Program-made: the position numbers and the translations under genes
Notes under the pieces: model-generated
Told to the model about the DNA's origin: nothing
The model's database searches: none
The model's input: only the letters and a program-made list of their open reading frames with translations
Source: a virus
Lineage: Duplodnaviria; Caudoviricetes
Length of the DNA stretch: 64,000 bases
Reading direction: 5' to 3' (one strand)
IMG/VR virus record: IMGVR_UViG_3300036868_000046
Coordinates: 1 to 64,000 of that record
Shown: positions 40,967 to 50,812 of the stretch, in pieces
Layout: every line of letters starts with the position of its first letter
Numbering within the stretch: the first letter of the stretch is position 1

Positions 40967-41903
40967 GGTCCCTCGTCTTCGTCGTCCTCGGGATCTTCTT
41001 CGTCGTCCTCTTGGGGCTCCTCTTCCTCTTCGGACTCCGCCCCCTCTTCGGGCTCATCGAGCGTGATGTCCTCGAGCAGAGACTCGGCCTTGGACGCCAG
41101 GTCCATCCAGACGCCCACCGCGGCGACCGCCTGGGGGTCGTGCGCCACGCGTTTCTTGAGGTCGAGCATGAGCGCCCGGCCGGACACGATGAGCGCGGCG
41201 AACACGGCCGCACTGTCCGCGTGCAACACGTCCTCGCTGCCCTCGGCGAGCGCCGCGATCGTCGCGTCGATGTCGTCGATCTCTTCGAGCATCGACCCCA
41301 CGAAGGGGAGAAGCTCGTCGGCAAGGAACTGCCGGACGTCCGAGGCGGGCACGAGCGGCCCATTGGGTAGCCGCGCGACCACGGCTGCGAAATCGGTCTT
41401 GAGTTGGTCAATCATGGGGTCTCCTTGGGGGTCAGTGTCTCTTGAACGGAGCGATCGAACTCATCCGCCTCCGCACGAAGCTCGGCGTAGGCCCTGTCCC
41501 ATGCTTGAACGAGCGCGGTATGGGACCTGAACTGCTTGGGGTCGGCGCACTCGTAGCGGTTGCACCGAAGGACCGGCGTGGATCCCAGCGGGATCTCGAT
41601 GCCCGGCGTGGGGTAGCAGTAGTGGTGATGCTCCTCGTGGAACACCGGCAGCGCCGTCACCACGGTCCCATCCGGCGTCACACGCGCGAACCGCGACGCC
41701 GGCAGTCCATGGACCGGGAGGAGCACGCCGCTCGGCGTCGCAGCGTCTGCCTGGATGATGAAGTGATGGTAGTGCGAGCACCCGGCGGTGCAGAGCGACG
41801 GCCGCGGCCGGATCACGTCGCTCGACGAGGCGGTTGGTTGATGGTCTGGCGGCAGGTCGTCATCGTCATGGAGGTCTAACCTTGGCACCCTCCCATCATG
41901 CAC
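40963..41903 (-). CDS. Two hypothetical ORFs (40963-41415 with an acidic tail; 41412-41903 Cys/His-rich)
   Basis: Coupled open frames. Confidence 0.55.
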
Positions 41904-42020
41904 ACCTCAGTGGGAACTGCGTGGCGATTGCATGGGGATTCGATGGGAATTTCATGGGGGATCTGCGCACCTCCCTTGGCCATGGGGCTGCCTTCCATGG
42001 CCAGCACCCCACAGGTAGAC

Positions 42021-42315
42021 GGCCTAACGGTGACACCAGCGGACGTGAGGCGCCTCATTTTCGCCCCGTTAGGGGCCTCACGGAGCCACCGTTAGGCGCC
42101 TCACGATGAGGTAATTCTACCGTTAGGGCGCCTCACGGTCGCCCAGGGCAGGCTAACCGCCCCACAGGGGCCAGGAGGGGCCAGGAGAGGCCCCCCAGCG
42201 CCGCCAGGCCCGCGCCGGGCCAGTCCCCCGGACTCGCGCCGGGGCCAACCCCAAGGCTCGCCCTGGCGACCTGGGCACCGTTAGGCGCCTCACGGTGAGG
42301 AATTCCTACGCGTAG
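42021..42315. repeat. Iteron/operator-like repeats CCGTTAG(G)GCGCCTCACG
   Basis: Direct copies near 42066, 42089, 42120 and 42278; partial inverted copy at 42021; palindrome TGAGGCGCCTCA near 42047; located at the divergent strand switch. Confidence 0.75.
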
Positions 42316-42514
42316 AACGCGACGCGGCTCAAGTACGCGAACTCCCACGAGGTGCCACCCGGACTTCCCAGTGAGACTCCCCTACGCGTAGGGACGGACC
42401 CGGTTTCATAGTGAGGTCAGGCTGCAAACGCTTGAAAGCTTCAAGGCTGGATCTGGCAAGCTCGATGCAATACCGTTCTTCGACCGGGCGAGGTTGCCCC
42501 GGGAAGGAGACGAG

Positions 42515-43298
42515 ATGCTGAATCTGGTGAGCTTCGAATCGTGGGACGACGTCCTCGCCGCCGCTCGGCGCGGCGATCGACTCTGGTACCACGCGCCACT
42601 CGACACCGCACCCCGGGCCATCGTGGTGCAGACGGTGTTCGAGAACGGCAAGATCCGCATCGATCCGATGTCCGCATCCGCAGACAACTTCACCGCGGAC
42701 TGCGGCCATTTGCCCCGCTTCCGGCGCATGGGGTAACCCTCCGCCCCCCCCGGTCGTGAGGGTTCGGCGAGCGCCCGACACACGTCGGGATCTCGCCAAG
42801 GTCTCACGGTCTCTCTGACAACCGAATAGCCCGAGACTCACGCCAGAGCAGCATTCCCCGGTGTCGCGCATGCCATGCGCGCACCGGGCGCAGTCGAAAC
42901 GCCGGACCACTCCCTTACCCGGAGCGCCGTGCTGCCGCGGACGTGGTCGTGAACGGGCAAGCAAGTTGTGACTTGCGAGAGCGGCGCGCGCCGATGCGCG
43001 CCCCTCATGGAGGTTACAAATGAGAGTGCGCTTTCCGAGCATCGCCGATGTCGCGCAGAACTTGCGCGACATCAATGCCAACGTCGAGGGGGAGTGCGAC
43101 GTTCGGCTGTGCGTCTGGACAGATGGCACGTGGTGCGTGCGCTGGGGAGATGTGCAGTTCGATCCCAGCAGCGCCCCGTACTGTGGGGCCAGCGGTGTTC
43201 CCGGTGTCGTCGGCGGCAAGGTGCAGCGGTTCGACGCGCGCGCGATCGCGCGCGATCTGCTGGACCAGTGCGCAGAAATGCGCGCCCAGGACGAGTAG
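42515..43298 (+). CDS. Small early ORFs (42515-42736, 43020-43298)
   Basis: GGAG RBS motifs; open frames. Confidence 0.6.
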
Positions 43299-43360
43299 GC
43301 GAAACCGCGCCGAGCGCGGTCTGCAGGCCACCCCAAACCCTGCACTGACGAGCCTGGGGA
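43296..43360 (+). ncRNA. Type II hammerhead ribozyme HHR1 (predicted cleavage after 43321)
   Basis: TAGGC-GAAA-CCGCGC/GCGCGG-TC-TGCAGG/CCTGCA-CTGACGA-GCCTG; loop I CCCC can pair with the 3' GGGG. Confidence 0.9.
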
Positions 43361-43435
43361 GAACCTCGCAATGTCCACAAAAGACTACAACCTCGATCAA
43401 TCCCAACTACGGGCCAACACAGTGAGATCGCGCTT

Positions 43436-43687
43436 ATGATGGAGCTTCTATGGTCTGAGGGATGGTCCGATGGTGTGACGTCCGCCGTAGTGTACCAGGC
43501 CAAATCCTGGCACGGTGCGTACCGAATCGTCCGCGCGGAGGGCGGATGCCGTGCGTGGTATACGCAATGGCGGGGGGCGTTACCGCTGCAGACTATCAAG
43601 CTCGGCGATGCCCCGGACATGGGTCGCGCGCGAGCGCTATGCCAGTCTCATGCTCATGCCGTCAGATACGGATCTGACCCAAGGTAG
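43436..43687 (+). CDS. Small hypothetical protein
   Basis: Its stop codon is the TAG of the partial hammerhead copy at 43685. Confidence 0.55.
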   Translation: MMELLWSEGWSDGVTSAVVYQAKSWHGAYRIVRAEGGCRAWYTQWRGALPLQTIKLGDAPDMGRARALCQSHAHAVRYGSDPR

Positions 43688-43720
43688 GCGAAACCGCGCC
43701 GAGAGCGCGGTCTGCAGGTC
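43685..43720 (+). ncRNA. Truncated hammerhead 5' half (duplicate of HHR2)
   Basis: GGC-GAAA-stem III-GTC-TGCAGG is present, but its own stem I 3' strand and CTGATGA are missing. Confidence 0.6.
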
Positions 43721-43725
43721 AGGAG

Positions 43726-43793
43726 TAGGCGAAACCGCGCCGAGAGCGCGGTCTGCGGGGGGGCACCCCTACCCCGCACTGATGAGCCAGGGG
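43726..43793 (+). ncRNA. Type II hammerhead ribozyme HHR2 (cleavage after 43753)
   Basis: Stem I TGCGGGG/CCCCGCA, core CTGATGA, stem II GCC/GGC, pseudoknot CCCCT/AGGGG. Confidence 0.9.
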
Positions 43794-43818
43794 ACAGGCC
43801 GACACCAGGAGAATCGCA

Positions 43819-44103
43819 ATGTTCGTCATTGTCTACGCCAATGAGGGCCCCGAACAGGGTACCGTATACCTGAAGTGGGAGCTTCGTGATAACGAGCCAA
43901 TGGAGGCGCGCAAGTTCGCCGACCGAGTAGCCGGTTTTTTGGGGACAGAGGTGGTGGAGCCTTCGGGATACATCCCGAACTGCTGTGGTGATATCAGGGT
44001 GGAGTTCACCGAGCACGAGCCTACGGTGGATGCCGATGGGCGCTACCTGGGATCCGTCTGCATATGGAGCGGCGAGAGCTACTACTTCTCGCGGGATGCA
44101 TGA
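43819..44103 (+). CDS. Small hypothetical protein
   Basis: AGGAG RBS downstream of HHR2. Confidence 0.65.
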   Translation: MFVIVYANEGPEQGTVYLKWELRDNEPMEARKFADRVAGFLGTEVVEPSGYIPNCCGDIRVEFTEHEPTVDADGRYLGSVCIWSGESYYFSRDA

Positions 44104-44154
44104 AAGCTTACGATGACGGAGGCGGAGTACCACGGGGGCACGGGGCACGTGGAC

Positions 44155-44223
44155 TAGGCGAAACCGCGCAGTGAGCGCGGTCTGCAGGTGATGACGCCCT
44201 ACCCTGCACTGATGAGCATGGGC
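44155..44223 (+). ncRNA. Type II hammerhead ribozyme HHR3 (cleavage after 44182)
   Basis: Core intact; stem I TGCAGG/CCTGCA; short stem II (GC/GC); pseudoknot GCCC/GGGC. Confidence 0.8.
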
Positions 44224-44240
44224 TAAAGAGGAAGTCAACG

Positions 44241-46120
44241 ATGACACCGAAACACAAGCTCTGTGAGGCCATGTCCGAGTACGGCCTCACGATGGACTGG
44301 ACGTTCATCCCATTCCGGGGGGACCGCAAGGAGCGGCGCCTGCAGTGGGATATCACGCTGTATCACAGGAGTGCGCCCAGGATCGGGGATGACACCCTCC
44401 CAAACGACGTCATCGTAACGAGATACGAGGCAGGGATCGGTCACTGTCCCAGCTACCCCGCCTATGGCGGGGTACCCACCGTCGCACAAGATTCCGCCAT
44501 CGATTTCGAGGTGACCACAGGGTACCAGGCCCGCCCGCCACATGGCGGTGGTGCGGGTGACCGATTCGAGCGCGGAGCTCGGATCGATCCAGATGTCGCC
44601 GAAGTGATGCACAGCCTACTCCTGGATGCGGAGGCGATCGATCACGCCTCGTTCGAGGCGTGGGCGGAGGAGTTCGGCTACAACACCGACAGCCGGGCTG
44701 CAGAGCGCACCTACAAAGCGTGCCTCCGGATCGGGCTGGCCATTCGCGCCGCGGTGGGCGATGAGGCGTTGCGGGCCCTACGCTCCGCGGCGGAGGGCAT
44801 GTGAGACCCGCGAAAAGGTACGAGGTGGTTTGCCTCACATCGTTCGACCACGTCACCCCGGCACAGGAGGTCGAGATATGTGGTCGAACCAAGGTCATGC
44901 CCGAGCAGACCTTCCATTACGAGAATGGCCAGCGGATTGACCTCGGCAGTGCGCGGCGGCGCAAGGAGTTCATGGCGTACCATGCCGGGCGTTTTGCCAT
45001 CGCGGACTAGGGCCGTTGTGCCCATCGACACCATCACCCCAGCGGTGGTGGATCGACCGACACAACATCCACAGGACATGACATGACGAACAAGATCTAC
45101 AGCATCGTCCACAGCAACGGCATCACCGAGCGGCTGCCAGAGGGCAGCACGTACGCGGACGCGCTCGCCGCCGTCCGCGAGACGTACACCGACCCCGAGA
45201 TCGGTCACGACGGTGACATCGCGGATGGCGGCGATACTACTCTGGTGTGGCGAGACGAGGCGTCCGCCAGGGATGACGACGGCTGCTTTGCCGTTTGCTC
45301 GATCCGCGTGTCGCACCCCGAGCCGCCAGGCCGAGACGATCAGTCCGACATGCCAGAATTCATGCCCGTCCATGGACAGGGCTACGTGCGGCGAGCCTAG
45401 GCGGACCAGCCGACCATGCGGCGCGAACAATTGGACTCGTGGGTCCTGGCCCTGTGCAGCGAGGCGATGGCCGTCGACCCGATCGCCACCGAGTGCGTGA
45501 TCCGCGCACTGACCGGCGGCCACGAATCGTTTTGCCCGCAACCACATCCCTCCGAGCGCCTCCATCGTGCCGCCGCTGCATTTCTGAGGATCGCCCGCCT
45601 CTGACTCGGCGGCACGCCATCGCGGACTAGGGCCGTTGTGCCCATCGACACCATCACCCAACGGTGGTGGGTCGACCGACACAACAGCGGATCAAACAAC
45701 ATGACTAGCCATCGCGACCTCTATTTCCGGGGCAAGGCGGTACTCCCTCCGACGCAGCCCTCGGCGCCCGCCCCGGCATCCCTGCGCCGCGCTCCCGCGC
45801 ACGAGCGCCACCCCCGAACGGTTCCGACACATCCCGCACGGCAGATGTCCCCACTGTGGGCGCCGAGTCCACAATCCGCCGAGGTCCGCCTGGCCGACCT
45901 CGAGACTGCCCGGGTGGTGGTCCGACGCGCCAGCCTCGCCTACGCCATCCCGCCCATCGCGCCGGAGGCGCCGGTGTCGCACCCGGCGTATGTCCACGGA
46001 GAGGACCTCACCGCGCGAGATCACCGTGAGCCTTTCACGCTCGTGCGCGCGATGGGGTACGTTCTCGCTGTGGGCGCCCCTGGCGCCGGGCTGCTCTGGA
46101 TGCTGATCCACCGCCTATAG
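44241..46120 (+). CDS. Small early ORFs (44241-44804, 44801-45010, 45083-45400, ~45416-45604, 45701-46120 with a C-terminal TM)
   Basis: Open frames between HHR3 and HHR4; 45083-45400 is a paralog of 47220-47495. Confidence 0.6.
44996..45700 (+). repeat. Twice-repeated ~75-bp intergenic hairpin element (about 44996-45068 and 45616-45686)
   Basis: GCCATCGCGGACTAGGGCC-GTTGTG-CCCA-TCGAC-ACCATCACC-loop-GGTGGTGG..TCGA-CCGA-CACAAC in both copies. Confidence 0.8.
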
Positions 46121-46184
46121 GCGAAACCGCGCGGGCGAGCGCGGTCTGTGGGGGCTACCCCTACCCACACTGATGAGCCAGGGG
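46118..46184 (+). ncRNA. Type II hammerhead ribozyme HHR4 (cleavage after 46146)
   Basis: Stem I TGTGGG/CCCACA (compensatory), CTGATGA, GCC/GGC, pseudoknot CCCCT/AGGGG; the next RBS AGGAG follows. Confidence 0.9.
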
Positions 46185-46198
46185 ATTCAGGAGATCAC

Positions 46199-46848
46199 AT
46201 GCTCAAGGTCACGCAACGCATGATCAATGCCGTCGCCATCGCGACGGATGAGGCGAATCGCAAGATCGCCGCGGAACTGAACACATGGACCACGGGCCCC
46301 CGTGCCGGGTCCCAACAGGCCAAGGTCGGCACGCACCGCAGCGTGAAACACTATCGGCGCACGCTCGTCTCTCGTCACCCCGAGGTCACGGACGCGGCCA
46401 GGGTGAAGCTGTGAAGGTCACCACCCGTGAACAGTTCATCGCTTTGTTCGGCCGCGGGCGGCCGGAGGCGATGGAGTTCGAGAACTCCGTCATTCAGGCC
46501 ATCGAGCGCGAGCATTTGCCGGACGACGCGCTTGCTGTGGTAGATGGTGGCGATGGTTCCGCGGCGTATTGGGACTGGCTCGCGAGCCAGGTCGAGCCGC
46601 AGTGCACGTGTGAATGCGGTAAATGGTCTGGGACGCGGTGCCGTTGGGGAGGACAGCGGTCCGACACGGTCATCGTGGAGTTCATGCCGGAGGCCCTCCG
46701 GGCGAGCCACGTCGCCGCTGGAAACAGCGGCACGTACCCCCACAACGGGGCGGAGCGTATCCGCGTGTCGCGCGACTGCGCGCAGTGGATGCGCGAGGAG
46801 GACCCGGAGTGGTGCTCCGAAGTTCGCCATCTGGCTCCTCGTCGATGA
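46199..46848 (+). CDS. Two small ORFs (46199-46414, 46411-46848)
   Basis: AGGAG RBS and GTGA coupling. Confidence 0.6.
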
Positions 46849-47170
46849 CACGTGGGGTGTCGTCCGGTTCGCGGATGGCCGCGCCGACGTGCGCGCCGCC
46901 GTCGAGCGCGTCGCCGAGCTGTATCGCATCGGCGGAACGCCAGAGCAGTTTCGCGCCGCCGCCGCCGACGACGCCAGGGCCGCCGACGACGCCAGGGCCG
47001 CCGACGACGCCAGGGCCGCCGACGACGCCAGGGCCGCCGACGACGCCAGGGCCGCCGACGACGCCGTCGCCAGGGCCGTCGACGCCGCCAGTTTCGCCTG
47101 GAACTGGGACGCCGCCTGGGTAGTGGCAGCGCGTGACAAGCTCCTTGAACTGCTCGGGGATTGCCCATGA
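46817..47170 (+). pseudogene. Start-less fragment of the Ala-rich gene at the window start, with a 5.8-copy 18-bp tandem repeat GCCGCCGACGACGCCAGG (46961-47065)
   Basis: 144 bp with 4 mismatches to 2-145; fused out of frame to the end of ORF 46411-46848. Confidence 0.65.
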
Positions 47171-47219
47171 CCACCCGCCCGCCCGGCCAAAGCGGACCAA
47201 CGCCCGAGCTACAATAGGA

Positions 47220-47495
47220 CGCATGAAAAACTACCGAATCATCCATAGCCACGGGCCAGTCGAGGTGCTGCCGGCGGGCAGCACGTACCAGGATGCACTC
47301 GACAGAGTTCGCATGGCCTATACGCGTGCCGTCGTTGGTCACGATGGCGATATCTCGCAAGGCGGGCAGGTGACGCTCGCGTGGCGAGACGAGGAGACCG
47401 CCGCGGCGGACGACGGTAGCCGCGCAGTGTGCATGATCACGCTGCATACCGTAGACGTGCCCGCGGTGATCGCCCTCTGGATGTTCTCGTTCTAG
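47220..47495 (+). CDS. Small hypothetical protein, paralog of 45083-45400
   Basis: Shares Y.I.HS.G..E.LP.GSTY.DAL..VR..Y....GHDGDI..GG..TL.WRDE. Confidence 0.7.
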   Translation, partial: RMKNYRIIHSHGPVEVLPAGSTYQDALDRVRMAYTRAVVGHDGDISQGGQVTLAWRDEETAAADDGSRAVCMITLHTVDVPAVIALWMFSF

Positions 47496-47560
47496 GCGAA
47501 ACCACGCGATTCTTGCGTGGTCTGCGGGGCATGCCCTACCCGCACTGAAGATGCCAGGGC
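47493..47560 (+). ncRNA. Type II hammerhead ribozyme HHR5 (cleavage after 47522)
   Basis: Stem III CCACGC/GCGTGG (compensatory), stem I TGCGGG/CCCGCA, core CTGAAGA plus an extra T, pseudoknot GCCCT/AGGGC. Confidence 0.8.
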
Positions 47561-47579
47561 CAAAAAGGAAGAGAAGAAC

Positions 47580-50500
47580 ATGACCCTCACAAGACGGGAT
47601 TGCGCAGCGGACTTACCGGAGGGGACGGACCCCCTCATCGTCGATCTGCACCTGACGGCCACGGCCGCCGACCGTGTTCGATCGCGATGCCAGACCGTGA
47701 GCAGCCACGCGCGCGCGTGGCTCCAGCTGGAGCCGGACGACGATGGCGCGGAGGCGCGGAGGCGGCTCCGCGCGCTGCTGGCCATCGAGCTGGGCGGCAC
47801 CGGCGGCCCCATGGGATTTGGGGTCGACGGTGGCAATCGCACCGCGCGGATGTCGTGGGCGGCGCGACTCGGCAAGGGCCGCCGCCACGCCTCCGATGGC
47901 CCAGCGTGGGACGATGCGGTCCGCCGCGTGGCCACCTCCCTCGGGGAGGGCGAGGTCACCCCTGCCGATGTCGGTGAGATCGCCGGGCGATGTGGCCCGG
48001 ATGACCTCGAGTGGCCGCTCGCCTACGCGCTGCGCCGCGCGCATGCCTGCCGCCTGGATGTGGACCAGGCGGCGCTGTGGGCGACATGCGCGCGGGTGTC
48101 CGCGACGCTCGCCGAGCCGGACTCCGGCGCTGGCCGCCTCGCCGCGCGCTACTCTCTGCGTACCAAGCCCCGGCTGCGTACGGCTTCCCTGTCACTTCGG
48201 TACCAGGATCCGGATCGGGCAGCTGATGCCGAACCAGGCCTCAGCTCGCTGAGTGGGGCGAACTCCCTCATCGATGAGCTCGTCGAGGACTTCACGGGGG
48301 ATCCTGCCCCCGATTTCCTCGAGCTCGAGGAAAAGCGCGTCCAGACGTGGGTCACGTCCTCGCCCGACTGTGGCGAGGCACAGCTGCGCATCACCTGCGA
48401 CGCGCCCATGAATCAGTACACGGTGGAGCTGCAAAGCCGGGCAGCGCTGCACCCGGCAGCGCTGCGCCTCATCGAAGCCGCATGGATCCTCCGTCACGCG
48501 GGTGATGAGATCTGGACCACGGACGTCATCGTGGCCCACGAGGCCATGACCGAGATGCACCCGGATATGCTGCGCGCCGAGCGCGCGGCGTGGGATATCG
48601 CCGCCGATGCGGTCTGATACCCCCCGCTGCGAGCTCCCCATCAGGTTCCGCAGGGTCAGTGCCGGGGTGTACTGCTCGTACATGGAGGTCGGTGGGACGC
48701 CGGTGTTCACCATCGTGTCGGCATCGGTCAGGGAACGATGCTGGCTCACGACGCACGCGTCGCTGCGCACGCTGGCCCCGTGCGACTCCCTGGAGGACGC
48801 TTGTCGCCAGGTCAACGCGCTGGTCGCCGACGCGCTGGTGAATGCTTTCCGGGTCGTCGCCGCGTGGTCGCACGAGGCGTTCATCGCCTCCGAGCTCGCC
48901 GCCGCGCGGCGGGAGAGGCGCGCCCTCCTCGTGGAGCACGTCATGGACGTGCTACCTCAATCGTCCATGCCTGACGCGCCCGACCATCTGCGACCGGAGG
49001 TCGTGCGCGCGCTCGCCGAGCGCGTGGTCGACGCCATCGCACCGGCGCTCTGCCCTCGCTGACCTCCCAAGGAGATACCAATGACCCATGCTTATCCGGT
49101 CGACACCCAAGGAGCGGAATGCTTACCGCTAAGTCTATCACTGACGACCAGATCCGCGAGTTGCGCGCGACGCTACTCCGTGAATCGGGCAATCAACTCA
49201 CCTCGGAAACGGATGCGACCGGCATGGCTCTCTGTGATCTCGATAAGTACCCTCCCCACCTACGGGAGGATGCCCAGATCATCAAGGACATCGCTCGAGA
49301 GCGCTGCGTCGAAATCATCAATGATCGAAGTGGCCGTTAACCGGATAGGCATGCAATGACCGCTTACATCGTTGCCTTCGCGCTGATCAGCGCCACCGCC
49401 TGCGCCTCCCAGGAGGCCCCGCTCGTGGGGGAGGTCCCAACGTGCTCCGGTCGCGTAGGTCGGAGCTCCGGCACCCTTCGGGTACACGGCGAGGTCGAGT
49501 GTCTGGACACGCAAGTCCTCACGCTGACGGTCGTCTCGTTCTCCGATGTGGGTGCCCCGTCACCCCTGGTGACGCAGACCTTCCAGACCGGATGCCCAGG
49601 CACCATCGACCTCGTCATCGCGGTGGCCGACACCGGCACGATCGTCACGGGCATGACCATGACGCCGGAGTCCGGCGGCATGGTGACGACGTGTCCGCTC
49701 ACGGCTCCGTGAGCCGATAGCGAGGCGCCACGCAACTTGAACCTTTCAGGTGTACAAAAGGGCATGGCCTGGTCCGATTCACAAGGTCGGTAGGTCTGCG
49801 CTCCGAATTCGGAGAGGAGTCACTGTGACTACTACGACCGGCATACCCAGCATCCAGACACTGGTCATTGATGTTCTGCGGGATATGTGGCCCGTGGAAT
49901 GGTCCACGGCCGGGCGGATCGCGAACGCGATCGTCAACCGTCCATCGCCCGAGCCAGGGGACCTCGACATCAGCGAGAAGTACATCGCCGCCACATGTCG
50001 CCGAATGGTGCGCGATGGCCGCCTGCTGTCCGGCATGCACGGTTTCGCCTTGCCCCTGGAACGCTATGCCGTTCGCCCGGACGGGATGCTGTACGAGTTG
50101 GTGCGCATCGATCCGGGGTCCGATATCGTCATCATCATCGGACGGATGAGCCACGAAGAGGCGCTCGTATGCTCGACCTCGCTCAATGAGCACGATCGCA
50201 AGGTACGCGCCCTCCGCCAGGGCGGCAATCCGTGAGACCGGAACGGCCATTCACTCACACCGACGTGGTGCGCCTGGCGCGGCGTGCCTTGGCTCGCGCC
50301 CACGGTGATGCTGACAAGGCAGGTCGGTACGCGGCCGATATGGCCGACCGATATGAGTCGGCCAAGTGGGAGGCCATCATGCACTACATCCGCGACGGCC
50401 ACATCTAACCCCGGAGGAGTTTTCTCGATGATAGAGATGAGTCTACCTATCAACAACCAGTTCACGATCGAGGTCAAGTTGTGCGACCAGCGTCTGCATG

Positions 50501-50793
50501 ACGTCCTGACCTCGGGCATCGAGGGCGGCTGCGCCTATTGGGCGAGCATCGATTGCGGAGCTCATCAGCCGGGGTGGAGCAACTACTTCACGGCCACGTT
50601 CTTCCCCCACGGGGACACCGCCATCCCTCGAGTGGGGCACACGCTATCCCTCGAGAAGCTGCGCTGCGGTCTGGCCATCATGGCGAACAAGTACCCGTTT
50701 CACTTCCGTGACGTGATGATGGAGACCGATGACGCCACGACGGGCGACGTGCTCGTGCAGTGCGCCCTGTTCGGCGAAATCGTCTACTGCTGA
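47580..50793 (+). CDS. Hypothetical ORFs (47580-48617, ~48607-49062, 49119-49340, 49356-49712 lipoprotein, ~49800-50235, 50438-50793)
   Basis: Open frames; lipobox ATAC in 49356; D.L.Q.ALFGEIVY motif in 50438. Confidence 0.55.
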
Positions 50794-50812
50794 CTCAAGA
50801 AGGAGCATCCAG

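Noticed and set aside
43685-43720. A sixth functional hammerhead
   Set aside because: It lacks its own stem I partner and CUGAUGA; it is treated as a partial duplication, although alternative folding with HHR2 is possible.
2-47170. Duplicate pairs as DGR template/variable repeats
   Set aside because: No reverse transcriptase is present in the window, and the few mismatches are not an adenine-specific pattern.
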